A stretch of 64,000 bases of DNA, from contig OZ286467.1 in the NCBI GenBank assembly GCA_965644265.1, forward strand, positions 63,240,001-63,304,000, given 5' to 3'. The stretch's first letter is position 1. Each line of letters opens with the position of its first letter. The notes beneath the pieces are model-generated. The model did not search any database, was not told the DNA's origin, and saw nothing but the letters and a program-made list of their open reading frames with translations. The position numbers were made by a program, and so were the translations under genes. Below, piece by piece: positions 1 through 12,734 of this stretch. The stretch comes from Glycera tridactyla. Lineage: Eukaryota.

Positions 1-254
1 GCGACTGCCAATTGTCATTCAACATTGTCAGTTGTACAAACTACACCAAAGTTGTCAAAATATGCATATATCTTTTTTCTGGACATGTGGATAAATTGGA
101 CACCTCCTCATTCTGATCATATCTTATTCATGTATACTTCCGAGACCTACCTATTATCCATCCTATCAAGCTGTATATTGCATTGATTGTGATGATAATG
201 CAGAAAAAATTGAGAGGGATGCTTTATCTGAATATTCATCCTACTTACTTACAG

Positions 255-1499
255 AAGCACCAGCCGTAGCGACCACAGGTATGTGAATGCCAGTTATTAT
301 CTATTGTTGTTAATTGTACCAACCACAACAAATTTATTCAAATGATGCATACATTCGATTTCTCCATCAGTCATTTGTCCATGCATATCCCAATTCATTT
401 CTAGGCAAGAAGTCATGGAAACGAAGATGGAGAGTTCTAAATTTGTTAAGATTTTTAATATTTCCCTCTGCTCATCTGGATATACAACTGATATAAGTGC
501 TATATTTTTTCACGATATTTGGACCGTATTTTCACGTATTTATGATACAGTAGATCAGATTGATAGTCAACAACATGCTGGTAACTCGTCATGAAGCTGT
601 GGTATTGATGCAGAAACATTTGAGAGGAATACCTCGAATAAATGTTCGTCCTACTTGCTTTCAGAAGCACCAGCAGCAGGAGCGACCACAGGTATGTGAA
701 TGCCAGTTGTTTTTTATTGTCATAGATTGTAACAATCACTCCAAATGTATCCGAATGATGCATACAATCGATTTCTTCATCGGTCATTTGTCCATGCATA
801 TCACAATTCATTTCAAGGAAAAGAGGCATGGAAGCGAAGAAAAAAAGTTCTAAATTTGATAAGATTTCTTTTTCCTCTGCACATCTGAATGTGATTCGTC
901 ATTTTTGAACCCAAAGTATGAGGTTCATTTGTGGTAACTAGTCAAACTCGAATGACAGCAGTCAGATCCTCGGTCGAAATGATACAAGCACAAGCAAAAG
1001 TTGGCATTGTACATTCGAAAATGTCAATGTGCTGCATGCTATCATTTCGAACTATTCTCCATCATTGTTGGTAAGCACCTGAGTCTTCTAATCGAATCTG
1101 AGGAAGTTAAGGCATGTTCATTTTTTGTCTTTGCACACATCTTAGATCTGACTGTATATCCCATCAATTTATGATGACAATGATGCAGTGAGTAGAAAGG
1201 ACTACTTTCACTGAATGTCTATCCTCTTTTCTTTCAGGAGCACCAGTAGCACCTACCACAGGTATGTAACCACCACTTGTTATTCCTTTGAGTAAGTTGT
1301 AACAATCTCATCATGGTTGATCGATATGATGCATATTTTTGACGATATCATTGTTCCTCCATTCATGCATATATCAATTCAATTCGAGGTAAAGAGCCAA
1401 GAGAGTGAAAATATTGAGTTGTTATTCATTATATTTCTTCTGTTCAAATCATCATTACAATGATTGATCTCACTGACTTGATCTCTCTGCAGACTCATC

Positions 1500-1561
<62 letters not shown>

Positions 1562-4500
1562 GCATGCAAGAAGTGATGTATACTGCTGCAGTTCAGAATG
1601 ACATATACCATATACTTTTCTGATAAACTGTCTGAAACTTATCATGTCTCATGTGTCATCAATATTATCAGACTATCAAAGAGTGACATGAATGTGAGAC
1701 TATCTTATCTGTTTCCAGGACCAGCACCAACAACAGCAGGTATGAATAAACATACACAGAGTGTAACAATAAGAGTCATCCAATCTGAGTTATTCCTCTT
1801 CTAGTCATGATGAGCCATATCATCTGTTGATGATAATTTCGAAGGAATTATAAACAACCGAGAACTGGAAGGGCCAGACGTTCTATAGGATGGGATTTGA
1901 AATCAATCAGGATGATGATTAATCGAACAACAGGAAATCTATGTTATTTTATTGTTTGTAGGCAACTTTCACTGTTTCCCCCAAGTAGACTATTTTCATT
2001 CTTGCCGCACCTAACTCCACCTATGCATTTCAAAATCATCAAGTATGTAAAACCATATCATCATTTTCAACGATATCAGTCTATTCCGAAGTGAATCCGA
2101 AGTGATCCCATGTATAGCAAGGTGCAAATCAAGTTTTGGATTTTTAACCAGGCAATCTCCTAAAGATAAGGTGCTTCAAAAAAGAATCATGGACTGGCTG
2201 TGCTACGCTCATTTTGTCATACTTGCGATAGTCACATAGCCCAGCACCACATAGATAGAAATCATGGTTCGATTGACTTGGGATAGGGATCATGGAGTTC
2301 ATTACTATGATAATTGTTGTCAAGTCGTTCCTATGTGTCAACTGAAGTGCTCATTGTATTATTTATTCCATGTAGGACTGACACCATTTGCAGGAGGCGA
2401 GGAACTGACAACAACAGAACCTGAAGAGGAGGAAGAATTCACAACTGGTAAGTTTGATTTCAAAAGAGTGCTTGTTATTGGATATCCTGCATTTATCATT
2501 TGAATCTTCATCATGAATGCAGTCCTTCCAAGAAATTAATATATCTGAAGTGGGATTGCATATAATTGAATATATCGAAATCTGATTGTTTGTGATACCT
2601 TCACTTCAGATTCAATTTTTATGTTTCGATGTGATTCCTCATTTCTGCAGAGCATTGGCTGCCACTAGGCGCATTCTGAATAGAGCATCTACAGTCGATG
2701 AGGTGATGCAGGTGGCATTCCGAAGGTTTTGGCAAACTTTTGACAATCCTTACTTGAGAGATTTGTGTGATATTGTCGAGGATATCCAATTCTGAAGGCC
2801 AATTGTTGCTGGCCAATCGCTTATATGTCCACCTGAGTCTGGTTCGTTGTTCTCTGATTCCCGCTTTCTAAATAAGAAACATAACATAACATCTCTTAAT
2901 TCAAACTCAAAATGAGGAGGTCAAAGGAATGACATGTGTTCCTCAATCAGAGTACATATAAGATGGAAGATTTGTTGATAGAATAATAGAGTCAGTAAGA
3001 GATGATGAAAAAGTATAATAAGAGGAGGTTTACATGTACAGGAATGATAATGAAAATACTGGTATTTATGGCCTGGATAATAAAATAGAATTTGCTGAAG
3101 CTGATTCATAATGATGAATTCAATACTGTACGAGAATAGAATTAGATAAACATAGAAGTTTGCAAGAAACTAGAAATCCATCGTAATAATAATGATACTA
3201 ATGATACTAATGATAATAATAATATTAGTGATAATGAAATTATGGCAATGGGAACAGCAATATTATTTTTCTTGCAATAGTGACGGTACATTCATCAGGC
3301 AGGCAATGAGCATGTTCTAACATCAAAAAGAACTTTTACCGTGTTACCCTGATGTCAACCTTCTGAGGCCAGGTCAATATTGCAAAGCCTGCTTTTTTAT
3401 CGGCTGGGCTCTTTTGGCATCTGCTGTCGTCTATATGACCATGGAAATAGATGATCTTAAAGCCTCACTCAGATAGTCAAAATCTGGATTATTACAACAA
3501 CATGTAAATGGAATGTTTGTAATCCATGGCAATCTATTTTGCTATTAGGCTGAAGGCATTCTTCTGATATTCCTATTTTTCTGTTTAGCTGAGCATGGTT
3601 ATATACTCTTCATCATTATAATGATAACAACATTCTGATGAGTAGGCCCCATCAATATTTGATGCAGATGCAAATTTGGAAGAGAGCCAGACAAGGAAGG
3701 TATTGAAAAGGCCATGGTTTTTTAACCTTGATGTGAATACCCAAGTGTCTCCCCATCAAAGAATGGACCCAACCATCGAGCCCCACCTATTTTGTTGACA
3801 CAGTGAAATTCATGATATACACGGTGGATGGCATTCATCGTGGCCGGTTTGTGCATGCCTATAAACACATTCTCCACAAATTGTGAACTTCGAGTATAGG
3901 TAGTTTGACATTGGAAATGAAAAAAAACTGAGGAAGAGACATTTAGGTGGTGTCATCCAGAATAGATTGGTAACCTTGGGTGGTCGGAAAAGTGGTGATT
4001 TTTTTTATGGATGGCCACTGAATTGCGTGCTTTCAACAACTCATCCCGCCTCCCCTGTAGTCAGCAAGTCACTTTACAGTAATCCTGTCCACAGTGAAAT
4101 CCTGTCTACAGTGAAAAGAAACATCTGGCCCGAACGTTTTTTCCACTTTAATTGACCTGTATTTAGTGAAATCCTGTCTACAGTGAAAAGAAAAAGTCTG
4201 GCCCGTGACTTCTCACTGTAGACAGGTTTTACTGTATATTGGTACAGAGTGGAAGGAGCAATGGGCCTGAGACATTCATTGTTGAGTAACGCATTGGAGA
4301 ATGCCCACACAGCAGATATACCGTTTGTCATTCTTTCCTATCTGACATAATCTCAAACGGATATATTGACTTCTTTAACAGAAGTATTTTCACCCTTGTA
4401 TTATTGTTGGTTTGCATGGAAGAGACATGTACTCACACGATGCATTGTGTCAACCCAAGTCTGTCCAAGTTGCATTTAGAATTGACACCTAGATTTGGTG

Positions 4501-6782
4501 AGCTCACCTAATTGTGATCGATATTCATGCCTTTTGTTCATACCTCTTGGTGCACCGTATGTCGTGGATTCGTTTATTTACGAATGTTGTGAAATTATGC
4601 AAAATTGTAGGATGATTCATTCACAATGAAGATAAGTGGAGAAAATCAGACATGGTTGAGCATTATAAGCATCTCTCTTGCTGTTGATATCAGTGTTTCA
4701 CTCCAGTGACTATATGTAGTGATTCGCTGGCCTCAGGATCGGCAGCAACACATGATTGCTCCTACTGACTTTGTATCCTACTGACACGCTGGCCGCAGGA
4801 TTGGCAGCAACACATGATTGCTCCTACTGACTTTCTATCCTACTGACACGCTGGCTGCAGGATTGGCAGCAACACATGATTGCTCCTACTGACTTTGTAT
4901 CCTAGTGACACGCTGGCTGCAGGATTGGCAGCAACACATGATTGATCCTACTGACTTTGTATCCTAGTGACACGCTGGCTGCAGGATTGGCAGCAACACA
5001 TGATTGATCCTACTGACTTTGTATCCTAGTGACACGCTGGCTGCAGGATTGGCAGCAACACATGATTGATCCTACTGACTTTGTATCCTACTGACACGCT
5101 GGCTGCAGGATTGGCAGCAACACTTGATTGATCCTACTGACTTTGTATCCTACTGACACGCTGGCTGCAGGATTGGCAGCAACACATGATTGATCCTACT
5201 GACTTTGTATCCTAGTGACACGCTGGCTGCTGGATTGGCAGCAACACATGATTGATCCTACTGACTTTGTATCCTAGTGACATGCTGGCCGCAGGATTGG
5301 CAGCAACACATGATTGATCCTACTGCCTTTGTATCCTACTGACACGCTGGCCGCACGATTGGCAGCAACACATGATTGATCCTACTGACTTTGTATCCTA
5401 GTGACACGCTGGCCGCACGATTGGCAGCAACACATGATTGATCCTACTGACTTTGTATCCTAGTGACCCGCTGGCCGCAGGATTGGCAGCAACACATGAT
5501 TGATCCTACTGACTTTGTATCCTACTGACACGCTGGCTGCAGGATTGGCAGCAACACTTGATTGATCCTACTGACTTTGTATCCTAGTGACACGCTGGCT
5601 GCAGGATTGGCAGCAACACATGATTGATCCTACTGACTTTGTATCCTAGTGACACGCTGGCTGCAGGATTGGCAGCAACACATGATTGATCCTACTGACT
5701 TTGTATCCTACTGACACGCTGACCGCAGGATTGGCAGCAACACATGATTGCTCCTACTGACATTGTATCCTAGTGACACGCTGGCCGCAGGATTGGCAGC
5801 AACACTTGATTGATCCTACTGACTTTGTATCCTACTGACACGCTGGCCGCAGGATTGGCAGCAACACTTGATTGATCCTACTGACTTTGTATCCTAGTGA
5901 CACGCTGGCCGCAGGATTGGCAGCAACACTTGATTGATCCTACTGACTTTGTATCCTACTGACACGCTGGCTGCAGGATTGGCAGCAACACATGATTGAT
6001 CCTACTGACTTTGTATCCTAGTGACACGCTGGCTGCAGGATTGGCAGCAACACATGATTGATCCTACTGACTTTGTATCCTAGTGACACGCTGGCTGCAG
6101 GATTGGCAGCAACACATGATTGCTCCTACTGACATTGTATCCTAGTGACACGCTGGCCGCAGGATTGGCAGCAACATATGATTGATCCTACTGACTTTGT
6201 ATCCTACTGACACGCTGGCCGCAGGATTGGCAGCAACACATGATTGATCCTACTGACTTTGTATCCTACTGACACGCTGGCCGCAGGATTGGCAGCAACA
6301 CTTGATTGATCCTACTGACTTTGTATCCTACTGACACGCTGGCCGCAGGATTGGCAGCAACACTTGATTGATCCTACTGACTTTGTATCCCACTGACAAG
6401 AGGACACCAATGAGGAGTACATGACGCAATTTGATATTCAATTTTTACTATATTAGCCAAATGAATGCCCAATTTTGATATCATTATTGTTGGTGTGAAC
6501 CTTGTTGCCCCAATCGAATCTGTGGTTCACGGGCATGGATGCTGAGGTAATGGGTTCCATTGCTGAAATTCTTTCCGAAGTGATAGTGTTCATTTGGATA
6601 TGTGAATGCATTGCACACCTTTTCCATTCTCATCTCATATGATTCATGTACACATCCAAGAATTATTTTTTCATTCTTCTCCCCTACCCGTATATCCGAT
6701 CGATTTTAATGTTGAGGCAGAAATACTTTGACTGACTATTCATCTGATTTGCTTTCAGAAGCGCCAGCACCAGCTACCACAG
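255..6782 (+). CDS. First (diverged) microexon block: 255-278 EAPAVATT, 665-691 EAPAAGATT, 1238-1261 GAPVAPTT, 1719-1739 GPAPTTA, 2376-2447 GLTPFAGGEELTTTEPEEEEEFTT, 6759-6782 EAPAPATT
   Basis: Each has an AG acceptor and GT donor (e.g. tttcag|aagcgccagcaccagctaccacag|gtaagc). Lengths are 24, 27, 24, 21, 72 and 24 nt, all phase 1-1 and homologous to the downstream array exons. Confidence 0.85.
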
Positions 6783-9700
6783 GTAAGCAAACACAAGTTG
6801 TTATTTAGTGCCATCAGTCATTCCAATCCTACCAAATGGATCAAGATGATGATAATCTTCACTGCGTCGTCGTTCATTTGGCCATACATATCCCATTTCG
6901 TGGGGGCATGGAGGCAAGAGAGCGGAAAAAAATTATTGACAAATTCGATGGAGAAAAGTCTTTTCATTGTCCTGACCTGGATATGCTACTCACCTGAGCT
7001 CTCTCATTCTCGACCGTACTTTAGTCCCCCATCCTTACAAGGCAGTCAAAAAGTCATTGGCTCTCAAGCATGAACCTGTACATCTCCAAACATTTCTGCT
7101 GACCAGTCCAGTTCAGTCTTATTATACAGATCACCACTAACATCGATCATACTATTATTCTAATGACCTGAGTTTGTCGATTTCCCCTCTCATTCTCATT
7201 CATACCATCAGACCAATTAGGATGCTGGCCTATAGTTTGGTTTGAAATATGATCAATACCTTTCCAAATTACGGAGTTAATCAGGCAAACATAATTGATG
7301 ATCTTAGTCTATTTCTCGATCCTCATCAAAACCATTCTTTACTGAATAATTGTAGCATCAGATGAAGGGAATTTTCATGGATGACAATTTGTCCATTATC
7401 TGTAAATGTTGCTCATTTGCTCAGCGAATCGGTCGCGCATTATTCCCTACTCTATTCGAGCTATGTGTCTTCATGCAACCACACGTATATTGATACAATT
7501 TAGTATTCGAAAGTGATAATATATGGCCAATGAATGGGTCGAGTTGGGAATCACTTCGAAGAAAGTGGGTTCAAGTCTCCGATGATTGTGGAGTTGGTTT
7601 GAAGTTGATAGGTAATAATTGGATACAATGCTTGAGGATCCTTCGAACCTTTTGATTCTTCATGTTCTTAGAGATGTGTATTTCTGATAGGGGAGAATAG
7701 CTATCTGGTTCGAGAGTCAGTCACCAGCCATATACATAGTCAAATATGCCGTCAATAGTTCCTATATTTACAACCTTTCTGATCAATCAACATCTTATGT
7801 TCAGAAATCGTGATAGTGATGCCTGCAGGAAAGTTACCATGTATTTTTATTGAACAGAAACACATGGCCTGCATACTTTTGCGGGGTGATACATGCCTAT
7901 AAACCTTAACCAAAGCCAAACATTTAGTCAATGATCACATCATCATCTGGCATTGAATGAAAGCGAGAGCATATACATGGTCTTCTGGATAAAAAAACAA
8001 ACTAGCAAGTGGTAGCAAAGATCTATCTGTTAGTGATTCCGCCAAGGAGAGGCTAGTTCACTTCAGTGTACAAACTTTCATTGTACATCACGTGTCTGGT
8101 CTTAACGGGACCTAGTTTGGACTTCATCACGACACAAAGCTTTCCTCATCCTCGGGGACAGCGTAATTATATACTGAAAAAATGTGAAAGTAGTGCCCGC
8201 TTATGGCTTGCCTGTAGAATTCGTAGATATATAAACAACATCTTCAACGAAGCAGTGTATCTCGGGCCATGGGAATCTCACCTACAGCATGCATGTTTTG
8301 ATTCATCTCACAAGAATTGAACAGCGTAATGTTGGGGTGACATACCCCATCAGCGCTAAACCTACATGAATTCCAATATTCAGTTCTCCATCGTCTTAGT
8401 GAAGCAGAGTGCGTACCTCCTCAACTGGAGAATCTGACATCACATTGTACTGGCACACTAGAAATACAGAATTTTTCGAGGTGTTCTGTCACCGCTGCTG
8501 CATCCAAACATAATACGTTAGTTGTGCCATAGGGGAACCAATTCCAGCTGAAGTGATAATTTTCAAAGCTTCCTTCGTATAATTATTCAAACACCCCTCC
8601 AACCGCATGGAGTATTGCCGGCATGTATGTGAGATTGTACTCCGCGGATCCCGTGATGTGAGAGAGGCAACGTCACGCTCGAGTGAACTCCTCTCTCAGC
8701 CGGCGTTCTCGTTCTCGTTTTGTGACGTCAGGATTCACTTGTGAGGAGGATAGCATGGAGGAGCAGTACTTCGCTGACCGCTTACCAGATGGCGTGACAG
8801 TCAAATATGGCGAACGATCGGACGTCCCTGAGGATGTTCTTATAAACGAAGATGCTGACAACAATGACAACAGGCGATTAGATGTCACCTGCGATACGAC
8901 CTTGCTCATTGCAGATACCAGGTTAGTCCATACGGCTAAATGAGGTTTTATCGACTGTTGCGTACCCATCTGGTATGTCTGACACGTCTCCTCTGATAGC
9001 CCTTTACGCTGTGGTCACCAAAGTGGTCCATCTGCCCCATTGCAATATGTATACCTATGTAATTTGCTTATATGCATATACATGAATGCATATGTATGTG
9101 TTCATCACATGTATGTATGAGCATATGTGCATACAACGCTTATGTCCCGCACTCAATTTCCACGTCATTCTCCTGCAACCTGTTCATATTTGTTCGCTTC
9201 TTTCGTACAAATGTTCTTCACTCGAATGGGGACGACATAGTATTCTAGACCTTCCCGAGGCAGAATAAAGCATTTTCATATCAAATCGAAGCTAATCAAA
9301 ACAGATATATACATTCAAGACAAAATTGAATCCACTCAGTGACGTTGGAATCATTCAATGACATAGGAAACAATCAATGACATCAGAACTCTCATTTTGT
9401 TAGATAAATCCCAAAATGACGAGAAATATCCACTGACCCACCTATATCTATTTTCTACTGGAAGAATATCTCTGTCAAGTCTTGACTGTCATCTGCCAGC
9501 TATGCATTGATGACAGCTGTGATGGTGGGTAGCTCATGCTTCTTTCAGTGGTTTGAACTCAAAAATTGATGAGTGCAGTTACACGGAACAGTGTAATTAG
9601 GCCACTTTATACATCTGTTGAGGACTAGTAAACTAGTCTTGTGATCCGCTGTACTGAATCAGTGATCTACTGTGCTGATTTAGTAAGCTACTAGAATCAT

Positions 9701-12696
9701 CGAGCATACTGGGATGCCATACTGATTGTTCAAATTTGATTGTATACAATAGATACTGTATATTGGGATAGCCCAAGCATACTGCACATGCTCATTTTTG
9801 CTGCCAACAGGATTGGAGTAACAACATTGAAGCGACTGGAAGTGGTGGTCTGGGGCATGACTTCACTCAGTTTCCGCCTCACTGACTCCGCTGGAGAACA
9901 GATGCTGGAACAGGTGAGTTAGTACTGTGAACATCAATATGTGTTTCCTTTCCTCGACTATACTCTGTCCAACGAGTGAAGACCTCAAGGGGCGGTCTCA
10001 TATTCTTCTAGATAGATAGATAGACGGATATACCTTTATTTTATAACGAAAAAAGTACACTTACTGCCAGGAGCAGCCATCTCCAGTACTTCGTTGGTGA
10101 CAGATCGTAATGGGTTAGTAGCAGCACAACATAAAAAAAATGAATAAAAATAAAATAGGCATGTATCAAAGTAAGGGTTATGAGATCACTTCCTATATCG
10201 AGATATATATTCAGGCAGGTAATGTGGTTATAAGATCTTTTTCTAATTCAGCTAAATAATATAAGGAAATAATGAATATTTGAAGTCAGGAGTTTCGAAA
10301 ACTACTACACGTATCTCTATAATCAATTAAATGGAGCATTATAACATTGTATATCTATCTAAAAAACTACAAGCTACAACTGCAACAAGACAACACAATC
10401 ACGTTTCTATCAGGTAAACATAAATACTTCACCGTTATACCATGTGGTATACCTTCTGGGCCACGTGACAGATCAGCTGTCAAACTTTAGTCAGTCAGAG
10501 GGGGAACCACCTGCCGGTCAATGTTACCAATACTGTATACAAACCGAACCACATGTTATACTATGATGTAAAACCATAAGGACATTTTGCACTTACAACA
10601 TGTAGAATCAGGCAACCTGAAAAATGAATTGAATGTATGACTTCCTATGTCTTTTTGAGAAATATACTGACTTATAAGTTGAAAATATGTGTGGAAAAGT
10701 GCTGTGAATCTTTGTCATCACAAGCAACAATGTGTTCTTCAACATATGTTCCCACTTATCTGTGCCTGGCATAATGGTATTTGACCATTGGCCCTTGGGA
10801 AGGGTATCAGGACTGGTCTGGCATTGGTCTAATAGGTAATAAATCTCCCTTGCATCACCCCAGCTTAGAAATATCGAGAACGCCCAGCCAGATCTTCACT
10901 CGTTGAATAGAGTACAGTATCCACTGTTGTTCTGGTAACAGATATTTCCATCAGAAGGCGGCGTTTCACTGGCACTTGCCTACTCAAAGACTTGGATAAT
11001 GTCCATCCAGCTTTTGAGCGGGGTAATGCTGCTGCGACCCTATCTCTGGGCTTAAAAAAGGCTTTCGGCATTGTAGAACATGTGCCTCTCATCACAAAAC
11101 TATGACCTGTGCATCTCCTGAACAGACGTTGTTGAACCGAAGTTGACTATTCAATGTCAACTAAGATATCTATTACATGTCGTGTCCCTCAGGGATCAAT
11201 CTCAGGACTGTCATTGTTCAATTTGCATATCAATCTTTCACCCGAATACCTGACAGGCGAATCCCTAGCCTCACAGAGGATTCTACCTTCGACCAGGTTA
11301 TATCATGACACGGCAATTAGCATCACCAGCCCGAATCCTGCGAGCCAGTCCAAATCATTTGTTGCCTTGTCTCGTAGAATGTAAAGACTCTCTTTGAATT
11401 GAAGTAAAACTGGATGTAATGATCTTCGGTTTGCCAACTAAAATCACCGAGTTCTCGAATATCACCTCAAGGTCAAATGACCCATCAATCGAAAACGCAG
11501 ACCGAATCAAGTACCCAGAAGTCTCACCGGTTTACGTCATTCATACATCATGCTATATATGTCAAATCCAAGACTATGGGCATGACTTAGAGGCTGATTC
11601 GAGTCAGGCCTGTCCTGGGCAAGGACAGGACCGAGATGCTGTAGAGGACCTGATTTCATGCAGACGTCTTCTACAATTGTTGCCACAGTGGAATGCATAC
11701 ACATTGCAGACATTTCAAAATGAAGTTTATCGAATCGAATCGAACCATCACCACAATGCTTCGAAAGCGAACCAAAAGCATCAGCATTGACACCAGGTCA
11801 AGCATATCAACTAATACGACCATCAATGCAGAATCACCACCTCTCTCATCAGCACCATTACTACTAATACTACCATTACTACGACTACCATCACCATCAC
11901 AACTATCACCACTCCTGAAGTTACTCATAACTCATATGATATCCTGTCTAATTCTCTTCATCTTTCCCCAATACTCATTGTCTACCTTAATACGGCATAT
12001 ATTGTATATATCTATATATTGTAAATATCTGAAACGTTACCCACGTTCCAGGTCATGAGTTTTTTTCATATGTTATGCCGACTAGAAAATGAAAAAAATT
12101 AAAATAATTATTCATTTTTCAACACAATATTTATTTTCACACGTTACGTCCTGAATACAATAGAACACTTCCGATATGTCCGATATGACCAATTCGGTGT
12201 TGAAAGGACGTTCAACAAAAATCAATCAATCAATCAATTTTATCATATTTCCATCACTGTCATCATTGTATGATCCTCAAGTGGGGAAGAAATAGTCGAT
12301 TGTGACGACGCCATGAAAGTGGAAATCAAGTTCAATTCAATTCAATACTCATCACTACCATCAATCCTACTGCTACTGGACTCGATCTTTCAGGTTGGCC
12401 TCCCCGTCGGCAGTACAGATCCAATCTCTGTGACGGCCTCCCATTCCGGGGAGCTATTCGAGAGGATCGCAATAGAGTTCCATGGGTGTTCTGCAGACCG
12501 TCCCGCCTTCATCAAACAAGCCGTCGTTCAAGTGTGTCATACACCCATGTGTGAGTTCCCTAATAAAAATGGCCTTCATCGTTTCATCCCCAGTATGATC
12601 ATTGAAAAAGGGGGCATCTCAGTTTCAATTTCATTTGCATGCTTCAAGTCATCCACCTCAGTTTTTTGCACGATTTATTCAATCATCATCATGATC

Positions 12697-12734
<38 letters not shown>

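Noticed and set aside
4726-6398. CRISPR-like appearance of the 62-bp repeat and of the exon/intron array
   Set aside because: No unique spacers, no cas genes, spliceosomal eukaryotic context.
7805-7840. 36-nt symmetric exon candidate (EIVIVMPAGKLP)
   Set aside because: Weak donor (cat|gtattt), and splicing to exon 8732 would create a TGA stop (T+GA).
11419-12058. ORFs of 85-123 aa and an acceptor-like cag at 11709
   Set aside because: The phase-0 reading stops after 26 codons. The rest is low-complexity Thr/Leu text, and domain 1 is completed by 12394-12550 with a size matching its paralog.
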